Shown here: positions 18,844-27,162 of the stretch, one piece after another | Layout of the letters: every line of letters starts with the position of its first letter | Numbering within the stretch: position 1 is the stretch's first letter | Source: a virus | Taxonomy: Duplodnaviria; Heunggongvirae; Uroviricota; Caudoviricetes | Length of the DNA: 64,000 nt | Reading direction: 5' to 3' (one strand) | IMG/VR virus record: IMGVR_UViG_3300036760_000193 | Span: 27,395-91,394 of that record | The notes under the pieces: generated by a model | Told to the model about the DNA's origin: nothing | The model's input: the letters and a program-made list of their open reading frames with translations, nothing else | Databases searched by the model: none | Translations under genes and position numbers: made by a program

Positions 18844-19310
18844 TGTGTCTCCTTTTGTTTATTCTGTTGAACATTACACCACGGTTGATACTCCCAAAAG
18901 AAGTTCAACGGGAATTTACTTTGCTTCTTCTGATTGCACCTTGAACAAGCGATGCACAAATTATTCTTGTCATACCGATCTCCGCCCCGCGATAATGGAT
19001 GGATATGGTCAACCGTTGCGAGGATGGACTCATCGGGCGAGTAGATATGTAAATCTGTCTTGTTACAATAAACGCAGGTGAGTGCACCTTCTTGTTGTTT
19101 CTCTATCAGGTACGTGTACCGAAATTGCATCCAACGGTCGGAGTTGGTCATCATTTCCAATGAAGCCAACCAACGCAGGTACTTGATGAAAGCGGCATAG
19201 CTCTTCTCATGCGGTTGCTTCACATGAATGCAGTGAATGTACTGCCAATCAAAAGTTCGATGCTTAAATCTAGCCACGTTCCATTGCCTTAAGGATTCGT
19301 GGTAATTCAT
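18801..19310 (-). CDS. HNH homing endonuclease
   Basis: CVYCN...DHIHPLSRGG...NLCIACSRCNQKK HNH motif. Confidence 0.7.
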   Translation of the reverse strand: MNYHESLRQWNVARFKHRTFDWQYIHCIHVKQPHEKSYAAFIKYLRWLASLEMMTNSDRWMQFRYTYLIEKQQEGALTCVYCNKTDLHIYSPDESILATVDHIHPLSRGGDRYDKNNLCIACSRCNQKKQSKFPLNFFWEYQPWCNVQQNKQKETQCTLRPTSALAVTI

Positions 19311-19635
19311 ATCTGCTCTCGACGCCCAGCTTAATCAAAGACTTCTTAAATGTGCCTCGATGCCCACGGTTCCCATGCACTTGATAATTGTGCAAATGCG
19401 CTAGTTCGTGAATCGCCAACCCCACGGAGAAAGGTCGCTTCGGCAACTTGATGCCAGCCACTCTTGCGTATGCGTGTCCCCAACTCTGCGAATCGAATGT
19501 AACCCATCTGACTTGAATCCCAAAGAACCTAGCAAGTCTGTCAATAATCGCCGCTCGATACTTAGGAAGAAGGTAAATACTGTACAGGTCTTTGAACGTC
19601 TCTTGTTCCCAATCGTAGATTTTCAGACGCGCCAT
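19270..19635 (-). CDS. SprT-like Zn-metalloprotease domain protein (121 aa)
   Basis: AIHELAHLHNYQVHGNRGH (HExxH...HG). Confidence 0.4.
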   Translation of the reverse strand: MARLKIYDWEQETFKDLYSIYLLPKYRAAIIDRLARFFGIQVRWVTFDSQSWGHAYARVAGIKLPKRPFSVGLAIHELAHLHNYQVHGNRGHRGTFKKSLIKLGVESRYELPRILKAMERG

Positions 19636-19644
19636 AACGCCCCC

Positions 19645-19848
19645 TTATTTGAAGTTTTTTAGAAGGTCAAATGTTTCTTGATGTTTCAATGATAGATTAC
19701 GAAGAGTCTTACCTTTCCGTGTCCCAAGATATTTTGCGACTGCGGTTGTGAATTCTCTTTGGCTCATAGCTCCCAACATGGAATCACGATCAAGGATGAT
19801 CGCCAACTTCGCTAAGCTTCTTCGATTCAATTCAACTTTAACTTTCAT
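19645..19848 (-). CDS. hypothetical protein (67 aa)
   Basis: Minus ORF. Confidence 0.35.
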   Translation of the reverse strand: MKVKVELNRRSLAKLAIILDRDSMLGAMSQREFTTAVAKYLGTRKGKTLRNLSLKHQETFDLLKNFK

Positions 19849-19858
19849 ACTACCCCCT

Positions 19859-20059
19859 TTAGACTTTTCTTAAATCGTCTACTGACTGCATCGCTTTTGA
19901 AATCTGTACTATCTCTTTTGTGCTGAGGTGAAGCCGTTGACTGTAGGTCTTTTCATCTGCTTCAAAGACCTCAACGATGATCCCGTCCATATTATCGGGG
20001 TCTCCTGAAATATGCGCCACTTGGTCTGCCTCAAGAAACACTTTCAATGTCACGAACAT
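19859..20059 (-). CDS. hypothetical protein (66 aa)
   Basis: Minus ORF. Confidence 0.35.
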   Translation of the reverse strand: MFVTLKVFLEADQVAHISGDPDNMDGIIVEVFEADEKTYSQRLHLSTKEIVQISKAMQSVDDLRKV

Positions 20060-20140
20060 ATCACGCCCCCTGATGCCACTTTTCCCAGGCGAAGATCAGT
20101 GCCTCGGTTAAAGCCGTTAGAATTAAAATGTTGGTAGCCA

Positions 20141-20341
20141 TTAGCCTATCTTGTCGCCGTCTTTGTATGTCTGCACCAGACGGTCTATCCAGTATTTGTG
20201 GTTCTTCTCTGCTGACAGAAAGTCCCCCACTACAGCTTTGGCTCCATCTGCAAAGGCTTCCAAATAAAGCTTCGCCAGAGTAATCGCCGTGGGCGAACTC
20301 TTCTCATCAGCTAAAATTGTTACAGCTTCGTCTCTTGTCAT
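20141..20341 (-). CDS. hypothetical protein (66 aa)
   Basis: Minus ORF. Confidence 0.35.
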   Translation of the reverse strand: MTRDEAVTILADEKSSPTAITLAKLYLEAFADGAKAVVGDFLSAEKNHKYWIDRLVQTYKDGDKIG

Positions 20342-20342
20342 A

Positions 20343-20600
20343 TTAAGATTCCTTCACTAATTCGTAACTAGAAAGTTTGCGGCCACGGAAGTATCGAATC
20401 ACCCCAAGCTCCCGTCCCTTCGGTGAGATAATGCGATAGTCACAGCAAGCCCCCAAGTCGTTCACAAATTTGACGCCGTGCCAAACAAACTTATTCCGTG
20501 TGATCGTTTTCTCAGACTTCGGGGCAACCTCAAAGAAGTTCTGAATGGTCAACTGGCTTTCGATCTCAATGACTCTTAACGTTCTGTAAGGTGTAGGCAT
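20343..20600 (-). CDS. hypothetical protein (85 aa)
   Basis: Minus ORF. Confidence 0.4.
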   Translation of the reverse strand: MPTPYRTLRVIEIESQLTIQNFFEVAPKSEKTITRNKFVWHGVKFVNDLGACCDYRIISPKGRELGVIRYFRGRKLSSYELVKES

Positions 20601-20605
20601 GGCAC

Positions 20606-20923
20606 TTACCTTTCCGATCCGTCAAAGAGTTGTGGGGTAGGCCAAATCACCACGCCCAGGCCGTCGTGAGTCGCTGGCTTGCCTTCCCGTTCTATAAGCT
20701 CCACGTTTTGGTCATACGTCCAATGAACGTTTCCTTGAGCGTCTTTGACGCCCAGCTTGAAAGTGGTGGTAGCGAAACGGCTTTGCCCGTACACCAAAGG
20801 ATTGCTGACCCAAAACACTTCACCCTCAGTCCCGATAGGAACCTTGCGGCCAGCCACAACCTTAACCTTGTCGTACTTCTGAAATCTACACTCTCTTGGT
20901 TTCGGTGATCCGTAGAAGCTCAT
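20606..20923 (-). CDS. hypothetical protein (about 105 aa)
   Basis: Start trimmed to ATG 20923 (AAGGAGG SD); the table start 20962 lies upstream of the P5 -10. Confidence 0.5.
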   Translation of the reverse strand: MSFYGSPKPRECRFQKYDKVKVVAGRKVPIGTEGEVFWVSNPLVYGQSRFATTTFKLGVKDAQGNVHWTYDQNVELIEREGKPATHDGLGVVIWPTPQLFDGSER

Positions 20924-20952
20924 GGTGTTGCCTCCTTGTTTTGACCTACTAT

Positions 20953-20981
20953 AGTATACCATGAAAACCCAAAACTTTCAA
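20953..20981 (-). promoter_or_regulatory. sigma70-type promoter P5 (TTGAAA-17-TATACT)
   Basis: Plus agtata 20953-20958, tttcaa 20976-20981. Confidence 0.55.
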
Positions 20982-20984
20982 GGG

Positions 20985-21206
20985 CTATTTTGGGAGGGTA
21001 ATAAATAGTTGGCCGTTTTGTTGCTTAGTGTGGGTCTCCCAATATACCTTGTCCACGAACCCCAGCCGCCAGGTCTCAGGCTTGTCTTTGTCACCTGCCA
21101 GCACTGAGGCGTAATTGTCCATCCAATTGTCATGCTTCCATAGCACTGTCCCACCCGACAGCACAGGCAAATCTACAGTCTCGTCACCAGGTTTCGCTTG
21201 TCGCAT
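20985..21206 (-). CDS. hypothetical protein (73 aa)
   Basis: Minus ORF. Confidence 0.35.
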   Translation of the reverse strand: MRQAKPGDETVDLPVLSGGTVLWKHDNWMDNYASVLAGDKDKPETWRLGFVDKVYWETHTKQQNGQLFITLPK

Positions 21207-21207
21207 C

Positions 21208-21393
21208 TTAGTCTACCCAATACCTGGGGCACTTAGAACAAAAGAACTTATCCGTTCGCCCGTTCTTGTCCAGGTGGGTTTCGACATGTGACATATACTT
21301 CTGATGGAAGAGGATACAAAAGATTGCTAGTAGTTTAGTTTTCATTTTTTCTTCTCCGGAATAGAGTCTATGAAGTCTCTTGTGGCGTCCCAC
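21208..21393 (-). CDS. hypothetical Cys/His-containing protein (61 aa)
   Basis: Minus ORF. Confidence 0.3.
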   Translation of the reverse strand: MGRHKRLHRLYSGEEKMKTKLLAIFCILFHQKYMSHVETHLDKNGRTDKFFCSKCPRYWVD

Positions 21394-21536
21394 TTGGGAT
21401 TCAAGCTGAATGGCTCCCGACCTGCTTTGTAGTTCTTCACGATCTTATGCAAAACCCAAACGGTAAGCACGGCCAACATCATTCCTATGAAGAACGTCGA
21501 AGCATATACTAACTGGGTGTATGCTAACTGGCTCAT
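21342..21536 (-). CDS. hypothetical membrane protein (64 aa)
   Basis: TM segment FFIGMMLAVLTVWVL. Confidence 0.35.
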   Translation of the reverse strand: MSQLAYTQLVYASTFFIGMMLAVLTVWVLHKIVKNYKAGREPFSLNPKWDATRDFIDSIPEKKK

Positions 21537-21811
21537 ACGCTCTCGCCCCGCACCTTCCTGCTTAGCTCATCCAAATCCGATCTGTCCAAAGGTCCTCCAG
21601 CATTACGAAGGGTGAACCGATCTGGTAATCCCAAATCTATCCACAGGCAAAAATCAGGAAGGGTGGGCGTATCATACGGCGACCAGTCCATGCTGACCGT
21701 TGACCCGTCTGGCCGCTGAACCTCATGCCAAATCTTGACGTTCTCAGGCCGTCCATCGCCGTCGTATTCTGTTTCGGTGTATGGTTGGTAAATGTGTCCT
21801 TTGTATTCCAT
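21533..21811 (-). CDS. hypothetical protein (92 aa)
   Basis: ATG 21811 with AAGGAGG SD; promoter P6 upstream. Confidence 0.5.
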   Translation of the reverse strand: MEYKGHIYQPYTETEYDGDGRPENVKIWHEVQRPDGSTVSMDWSPYDTPTLPDFCLWIDLGLPDRFTLRNAGGPLDRSDLDELSRKVRGESV

Positions 21812-21835
21812 AATGTCCTCCTTTGTTCTTCCTAC

Positions 21836-21864
21836 AGTATATCAGGAGTTTGCTGTAATTTCAA
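21836..21864 (-). promoter_or_regulatory. sigma70-type promoter P6 (TTGAAA-17-TATACT)
   Basis: Plus agtata 21836-21841, tttcaa 21859-21864. Confidence 0.55.
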
Positions 21865-21867
21865 GGG

Positions 21868-22278
21868 TTATTCTGCCCAGACTGGTTCATCTGTCTTGGG
21901 TGTGGGCTTCTGATCGCTTGGAAATGCTTCATACTTAGACATTTCAGACTCGAAGCTACCTTCGTTGTTGTTGATCTTAACCAGCTTAGGGCGGAACACA
22001 ACATCCAACAAGATGTCCTTCTCAATCCGTGGAACGTTCCAGGCCACGGCTTTGTACACACCGTCTACCACTCGATAGACTGTGTACAGCTTCTTATCTA
22101 ACAGCTGTTCTTTCTTCTCCGCTGCGCTGCGCTCTTGGAACAATGGTTGGCCTACTTTCTCGTCACCATCAAACCAATTAGGTGTGGACTTCTTTAGATC
22201 GTAGCCTTTTGTAATGCCCTCAATCTTTTTGAAGAATTGTTGCCGCTTCTCTCTTGAATCCATACTATCTGCCATCAT
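21868..22278 (-). CDS. hypothetical protein (136 aa)
   Basis: Minus ORF. Confidence 0.45.
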   Translation of the reverse strand: MMADSMDSREKRQQFFKKIEGITKGYDLKKSTPNWFDGDEKVGQPLFQERSAAEKKEQLLDKKLYTVYRVVDGVYKAVAWNVPRIEKDILLDVVFRPKLVKINNNEGSFESEMSKYEAFPSDQKPTPKTDEPVWAE

Positions 22279-22377
22279 AGTGCCTCCCGATTTTTTATCT
22301 TAAATTGTGCACCCTCTATCCTTGCGGAAACGGTGTTGTCATTCATGCAACACCTTTTTAGAGAGTGACTGACTGAC

Positions 22378-22740
22378 TTACTTAATTGGCTCTACTGATA
22401 TGTTTCCGTCTACGTCAAACGTCTGTCCATTCTTGTCTGTGAGAGTGGCTCCGATGATTCTGAATTGGAAGGTTGTAATCCCATCATAAGACTCAACCAC
22501 CTTTCCAGCATCGTCCAACACTTTCACGCGATAGACTTTGGCAACCTTCTCTACCTTCGGAACAAACACTTTCTTAATCACAGGCACTTCTCTAATGACT
22601 TCTTTTGTGATGACTACTGGTTTCACTTGAGGAACAAAGTCTGGCAACTTAAAGCCTTGACTCACTCCGCCAAGTGCCAACAGCGCACCTATTACTGCAC
22701 CTGCTCCGTATCTTGATGTGTTCTTTAATTTATCGCTCAC
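22378..22740 (-). CDS. membrane-anchored hypothetical protein (120 aa)
   Basis: N-terminal TM segment GAGAVIGALLALGGV; K/V-rich repeats. Confidence 0.45.
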   Translation of the reverse strand: MSDKLKNTSRYGAGAVIGALLALGGVSQGFKLPDFVPQVKPVVITKEVIREVPVIKKVFVPKVEKVAKVYRVKVLDDAGKVVESYDGITTFQFRIIGATLTDKNGQTFDVDGNISVEPIK

Positions 22741-22751
22741 GGCATCCTCCC

Positions 22752-24017
22752 TTACTTCACGTCTTTCAAGTGAAGGAGTGCTTTCTTCTCATTGGCAACT
22801 TTGAACGTGCTCAACTGCTTTTGCATGTCGCGGATCAATGCCTGTTGCTCACGTAGAAGCTTCTCTTGTTGTTCAAGCATCCGACGGGCTTCCGTGTCTT
22901 TCGGCACGCCCACCGTGGAGTTGCGGTTAGAACTGTTCTCGATCAACTTCTCTTCATAGCTCTTACCCAATTTGTAACCAAGAACCAAGCCAATAGAATC
23001 ATTGTGCTTGCGACGAGTGTCGTAGTTATCAAACAGGTTCAACTGCCATTTGCGAGAATCCAACAAGCGAACCGCACCACCAAGGATGTACTTCGTCTGT
23101 CCAAGTTTATGCACTTCGTTTTCCAGGCCATTCACACGACTGTCCAATCCGTCCACACGGCTGTTGGTGTTGTTGATGTTATTCTGGAGGACTTCATCGC
23201 CAGCTTTGCGCTCAGTGGTCTCGTTGTTGATCTTCGAGTCCAAGAGATTATCGCCGTCGATTCTGCTGTTGGTTTCATTGTTGATGTTGTTTTGAAGCAC
23301 GTTGTCACCAGCGATACGACTGTTCGTTTCGTTGGTAATGTCTGTGCCCAAGTTTGTGATGCTGGTCGAATGATTGTCCAACGTGTTATGAACGTCAGTC
23401 AAGTCAGTCGAGTTGTTGTTAACTGTATCTGTAAGGTTACTGATGTTGGTTTCATTGGTATTGCCTTGGGTAGTTTTGAGTCCACTCAAGTCAAGAGTCG
23501 CATCGGCACCACTTCCTGATACCGTCACGCCTTCTCCAACTACATCAACATGTCCCGCGCCTGAAACGCTTCCATCGACTCCACCGTTCGCGGTTAGATT
23601 TCCAACCACGCCAGTTTCGCCTTGAACTCCTTGATCTCCCTGGACGCCCTGCACTCCTTGGATTCCCTGATCGCCTTGAACTCCCTGCGCTCCAGTTTCT
23701 CCCTGGGCACCTTGAATTCCTTGCTCACCTTGAACGCCTTGGATACCTTGAACTCCAGAGGCACCAGTGGCTCCCGTCGCTCCGATTGATCCCGTCGCGC
23801 CAGTGGCTCCTGTTGCACCAGTAGCACCTGTCAATCCAGGAATAGAACTAGGCGCAGCCCATGTTCCTTCTGAATTACCAGATACTCCATTGTAATACAG
23901 GATATCTCCTGCTGCTGGTGTTTGCCCATTTGTCAGTGTGTCTGTTACGTTGTTGGCTCTCACGAAAGAGGTTAATCCCCCGATGAGAATTGCTGCTATT
24001 GCGATTAGCTTCTTCAT
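22752..24017 (-). CDS. secreted collagen-like triple-helix repeat protein with C-terminal tandem repeats (421 aa)
   Basis: Signal peptide MKKLIAIAAILIGGLTSFVRA; about 30 Gly-X-Y triplets; 17-aa NNINNETNSRIDGDN repeats; AAGGAGA SD. Confidence 0.7.
   Translation of the reverse strand: MKKLIAIAAILIGGLTSFVRANNVTDTLTNGQTPAAGDILYYNGVSGNSEGTWAAPSSIPGLTGATGATGATGATGSIGATGATGASGVQGIQGVQGEQGIQGAQGETGAQGVQGDQGIQGVQGVQGDQGVQGETGVVGNLTANGGVDGSVSGAGHVDVVGEGVTVSGSGADATLDLSGLKTTQGNTNETNISNLTDTVNNNSTDLTDVHNTLDNHSTSITNLGTDITNETNSRIAGDNVLQNNINNETNSRIDGDNLLDSKINNETTERKAGDEVLQNNINNTNSRVDGLDSRVNGLENEVHKLGQTKYILGGAVRLLDSRKWQLNLFDNYDTRRKHNDSIGLVLGYKLGKSYEEKLIENSSNRNSTVGVPKDTEARRMLEQQEKLLREQQALIRDMQKQLSTFKVANEKKALLHLKDVK
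23150..23345 (-). repeat. about 51-nt tandem repeats inside the collagen-like gene
   Basis: Repeated ctgttggtgttgttgatgtt...tcgccagc units encoding the NNINNETNSRI(A/D)GDN repeats. Confidence 0.5.
23567..23837 (-). repeat. 9-nt periodic repeat encoding the collagen-like Gly-X-Y region
   Basis: Periodicity is visible in the DNA (ccttg(g/a)a(t/c)(a/t)cc...). Confidence 0.6.
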
Positions 24018-24238
24018 TGTTGTGTCTCCTTTGTTTTTTGTTTACTGATAAAAAAATGGTTAAGGGCTTCTTGCTGTACCAACTGTGCGTCCAATGTTCG
24101 CGCACAACATCGGCACACCTTTATACAATAAAGAGATTCTACAACTCCGTCGTGTCCCCAAAAATGTCTTTCGAGTATACCCATCTTCGGGCAACGCCCC
24201 ATATCTTTTATTATGCTGATCTGACAAAATGCGTTCAT
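24014..24238 (-). CDS. hypothetical Cys-rich small protein, possibly leaderless (74 aa)
   Basis: ATG 24238 lies 5 nt after the P7 -10 (TACAAT-taacc-ATG); the table ORF 24014..24304 overlaps the promoter and is trimmed. Confidence 0.3.
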   Translation of the reverse strand: MNAFCQISIIKDMGRCPKMGILERHFWGHDGVVESLYCIKVCRCCARTLDAQLVQQEALNHFFISKQKTKETQQ

Positions 24239-24243
24239 GGTTA

Positions 24244-24272
24244 ATTGTACGTTATAATTTCCAGTTTGTAAA
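24244..24272 (-). promoter_or_regulatory. sigma70-type promoter P7 (TTTACA-17-TACAAT)
   Basis: Plus attgta 24244-24249, tgtaaa 24267-24272. Confidence 0.45.
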
Positions 24273-24275
24273 GGG

Positions 24276-24599
24276 TTATTTATAATAGGTGTAGGCAATG
24301 TCACTCATCTTCTGAAAACCTAAACCCAAAGCTATTCGACCTGTCTGCCCATATGATGACCCGTCAAGGATTCTCACTTCACTGATAAGCTGAAACTTGA
24401 ATATCTCGTTCAAGCATTCTTGTACGATTTTCTTACCATACCCTTGAAGACGGTATTCGTCAAGCACAAACAAATCCTCGATGATTGCCGTGTGTGGACT
24501 GAACACACATATAATGAATCGCCCACGGCCAATGCACCGTTTGCCCTCGAAGGCAAACAGATTAAATTTCGTGCCCGTTCGTTTGACTTGGAAGGTCAT
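24276..24599 (-). CDS. GNAT-family N-acetyltransferase (107 aa)
   Basis: VLDEYRLQGYGKKIV matches GNAT motif A (Q/RxxGxG). Confidence 0.55.
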   Translation of the reverse strand: MTFQVKRTGTKFNLFAFEGKRCIGRGRFIICVFSPHTAIIEDLFVLDEYRLQGYGKKIVQECLNEIFKFQLISEVRILDGSSYGQTGRIALGLGFQKMSDIAYTYYK

Positions 24600-24894
24600 T
24601 TTCTAACCCTGCGGTTTCTTTTTCTAATTTATAAAACGCTTCGTGTATATGTTCTTTAACAGATGGATTCTTACGCATTAAATGTGCGGCACGACTGGTA
24701 ACACGGGCATCACTTAACAACCAATTAGCATATGAGCGTGGAAGAATGCGAAGATGCCACAAGAAAGCAATCGGACTCATTTTCAATACATCGTCCAAAA
24801 TTAGATTAAGAATTGTATCATTTGGTTTCGGGGTAATAATCTCCCCCGTTTCTGGTTCAGATTTTATTACTGGTTGTTTCTTTGCTTTTTTCAT
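24562..24894 (-). CDS. hypothetical protein (110 aa)
   Basis: Minus ORF. Confidence 0.4.
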   Translation of the reverse strand: MKKAKKQPVIKSEPETGEIITPKPNDTILNLILDDVLKMSPIAFLWHLRILPRSYANWLLSDARVTSRAAHLMRKNPSVKEHIHEAFYKLEKETAGLENDLPSQTNGHEI

Positions 24895-25144
24895 TTTCAG
24901 CCTCTCTTACAATTTGGTCGATGATCTCGGACTTCTCCATCGGTGATACACTTAAAGCGTTGATAAGTTCTACCAGCCATTCGTATGACACTTTGCCTTG
25001 GGCTTTACACGCTTCACATGCTTCTTGAACTTGTACTGGAATGGGGCACCCTTCATGACAATTCTCTCCCGTGCAGTTTCTTGAATGGTCTGCTTCTGTC
25101 TTGAGAAACCATCCATGCCCGTCACACATTGGACAACGATACAT
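24857..25144 (-). CDS. Cys-rich zinc-finger protein (95 aa)
   Basis: CPMCDGHG...C..C...C..C motifs. Confidence 0.45.
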   Translation of the reverse strand: MYRCPMCDGHGWFLKTEADHSRNCTGENCHEGCPIPVQVQEACEACKAQGKVSYEWLVELINALSVSPMEKSEIIDQIVREAENEKSKETTSNKI

Positions 25145-25371
25145 TAAGCGTGTGCCCCGATTATCACATGATCTCCATTCTCTAGAACATGTTCAGAAGG
25201 TTCATCACATGAATCAGTTTTACTCATCCACGACGGTAGACCATATTCAAGCATGGTCTTTTTATAAATCGCTGGAATGAGGATAAGCCAATCTTCATCG
25301 CCCCCGTGCTGAGACAATGCTTGAAGCTCTTTCGGAGCGTCGTAGAATGCCCACACTTTAATAGGTTCCAT
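25144..25371 (-). CDS. hypothetical protein (75 aa)
   Basis: Minus ORF. Confidence 0.4.
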   Translation of the reverse strand: MEPIKVWAFYDAPKELQALSQHGGDEDWLILIPAIYKKTMLEYGLPSWMSKTDSCDEPSEHVLENGDHVIIGAHA

Positions 25372-25568
25372 TAGTTTAACCCCGTGATGTTAGCCCAGCC
25401 GCCTTGGAATCCCTCATCTTTTAACAACTGCTTACTCGCTGGAACGAGAACTCTAATTCCTTGGAACATCGCTTTAGGCTTCGTGAGTACACACAGCTTC
25501 ACGATCTCTTTTGTTACATCTTGGTGTCGTACAAACACTTTCATCAATTTATCAAACGGACATTTCAT
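25371..25568 (-). CDS. hypothetical protein (65 aa)
   Basis: Minus ORF. Confidence 0.35.
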   Translation of the reverse strand: MKCPFDKLMKVFVRHQDVTKEIVKLCVLTKPKAMFQGIRVLVPASKQLLKDEGFQGGWANITGLN

Positions 25569-25714
25569 ATTATTACCCCCAAATTAATACTGGCATGGAC
25601 GACGAACCATGCACAGCACCTACTGGACTACGAACCAGCCAGGAAATCAATGGTGTGTCCTTTCGGAGACGATGCCCGTCCCTAACCAAGTGGGCACCTT
25701 TTCACACGCAAATC

Positions 25715-26068
25715 TTATTTCAAGTATTCCGCACCCGTCCAACGGATACGGTACTCTCCAAAAATGTTACCACGCGCTTTGTTCTTGGCTGGGGCGTTCC
25801 AACTTGCGGCCTTTAGAATGTCGCCAGCCTTAAACTTGTCCTCATCTACAACTACGATGAATGAATGAACACTCTTGGAACTGCCTGATTTTGTAACCAC
25901 TTTCAGATACTTCTTACCAGGCACCACTTCAAGTCCAGCGTTAAATTCGTCTGTCATCTTCTGGCGGATAGCTAATTCTATCGCATCTGCTGGCTCATTA
26001 CGAACTGCACTCCAATTCGAGTAATCCGCCTTGATCGCTTCCAGGTATTTAGCCAATGCGTTTTTCAT
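25715..26068 (-). CDS. hypothetical protein (117 aa), probably leaderless
   Basis: ATG 26068 lies 5 nt after the P8 -10 (TATAAT-ggagt-ATG). Confidence 0.5.
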   Translation of the reverse strand: MKNALAKYLEAIKADYSNWSAVRNEPADAIELAIRQKMTDEFNAGLEVVPGKKYLKVVTKSGSSKSVHSFIVVVDEDKFKAGDILKAASWNAPAKNKARGNIFGEYRIRWTGAEYLK

Positions 26069-26073
26069 ACTCC

Positions 26074-26102
26074 ATTATACCATGAAAACTATAATTTGTC
26101 AA
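26074..26102 (-). promoter_or_regulatory. sigma70-type promoter P8 (TTGACA-17-TATAAT)
   Basis: Plus attata 26074-26079, tgtcaa 26097-26102. Confidence 0.6.
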
Positions 26103-26236
26103 GGGCAAAGTTTACAACAATCGTAGCCGTTACCAGGTAAATGCTATACTTCCGCCGCCTTTTGATATCCTTGCTTGATGTCGCAAAAGTGTGTCATCAG
26201 GGTGCGACTACGACTGCTGCTTACTTTGTATGCTTC

Positions 26237-26443
26237 TTACTTTACTCTAACGTTTTCGGCTTTAGGACCTTTCTCGCCAGCCACTACATCAAAAGTTACA
26301 TCCTGCCCTTCTTGCAAGCTCTTGTAACCTTCACTCTGGATTGCTGAGAAGTGAACGAACACATCTCCCGATCCATCAGCCTTGGATATGAAACCAAAGC
26401 CCTTTGTGCTATTGAACCATTTAACTTTTCCTTCTACACTCAT
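26237..26443 (-). CDS. csp: cold-shock protein (CspA family, 68 aa)
   Basis: [16 protein letters not shown] (RNP1) and VFVHFSAI (RNP2) motifs. Confidence 0.85.
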   Translation of the reverse strand: MSVEGKVKWFNSTKGFGFISKADGSGDVFVHFSAIQSEGYKSLQEGQDVTFDVVAGEKGPKAENVRVK

Positions 26444-26476
26444 TGTAACTTTACCTCTTTTTCTATACTTCTATTT

Positions 26477-26493
26477 TTGCTACTCATTAGCAA
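26477..26493. promoter_or_regulatory. palindrome TTGCTA-ctcat-TAGCAA upstream of csp
   Basis: Perfect 6-bp inverted repeat about 35 nt upstream of the csp start. Confidence 0.3.
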
Positions 26494-26503
26494 ATTGTTT
26501 CTG

Positions 26504-26668
26504 TTATCGTTGTGGCTTACTCGTTAAATGCCAATTATGGCAAGTGGGGCATTTGTATGCTCGAAGCTTTGGACTCCAATCAATTCTTATAATATGATTA
26601 ATCATATCTAAGGCTTCTTGTTCTGTTTCATACCGCCGCTTCTCACACAATTTGAATTCTTCGTTCAT
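26504..26668 (-). CDS. small zinc-ribbon protein (54 aa), uncertain
   Basis: C..(n)..CPTCHNWH; weak SD. Confidence 0.25.
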   Translation of the reverse strand: MNEEFKLCEKRRYETEQEALDMINHIIRIDWSPKLRAYKCPTCHNWHLTSKPQR

Positions 26669-26686
26669 ATCAATATTCCGATATCT

Positions 26687-27160
26687 TTATCGGTTTCCCG
26701 ATAATTCGCAAAGGGTTCCGCCGTGACCTGATAACAACACTCGACAATTTTTGTTGGGGCGTGATTGTAGAATACGAAATCTCAATTCACGTTTTAAGTG
26801 GTCTTCCAATGATTCATCCCTCAACTCATCCAGTTTCACTTCAATACTGACGTGCTCCATTATATCACCTTCCCACTCATAAATACCATACACATCTTTA
26901 ACGTGTTGAGTGTACTGCATATCCAATCTCATGCTCTTGTGTTCCCACAAGAAAGTCTCCAACCATTCCCATTGTTTAGAGGATTGCAAATCAAATCTCT
27001 TAAGGGTGAAGATTGGTTCATTCCATCCCACCACGATACGCAACCACCCGCGATCTATCAATGCACCTTCGCTGATTCCGTGAACTCGATCAGACCATTC
27101 ATGGTGTCTCTCTTCCCCGATCTCATAAAACTTACCCCGTGGGTCTAGAAAGCCTCTCAT
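26687..27160 (-). CDS. hypothetical protein (157 aa)
   Basis: Minus ORF. Confidence 0.45.
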   Translation of the reverse strand: MRGFLDPRGKFYEIGEERHHEWSDRVHGISEGALIDRGWLRIVVGWNEPIFTLKRFDLQSSKQWEWLETFLWEHKSMRLDMQYTQHVKDVYGIYEWEGDIMEHVSIEVKLDELRDESLEDHLKRELRFRILQSRPNKNCRVLLSGHGGTLCELSGNR

Positions 27161-27162
27161 GG

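Noticed and set aside
20924-20962. N-terminal extensions of ORFs 20606..20962, 46346..46642 and 47131..47550
   Set aside because: The annotated ATGs fall inside or upstream of the conserved promoter motif. The ccATG within TATACCATGAAAA is part of the promoter spacer. Internal ATGs with AAGGAGG-type SDs downstream of the -10 are preferred.
22752-24017. Collagen-like ORF as a CRISPR-like or non-coding repeat array
   Set aside because: The periodicity is 9 nt (Gly-X-Y) and 51 nt in frame within a long ORF that has a signal peptide and an SD. It is a coding tandem repeat, not a CRISPR array.
24239-24304. Upper part of ORF 24014..24304 (96 aa)
   Set aside because: It overlaps promoter P7 (24244-24272). 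Only the portion from ATG 24238 could be translated, and even that is low confidence.
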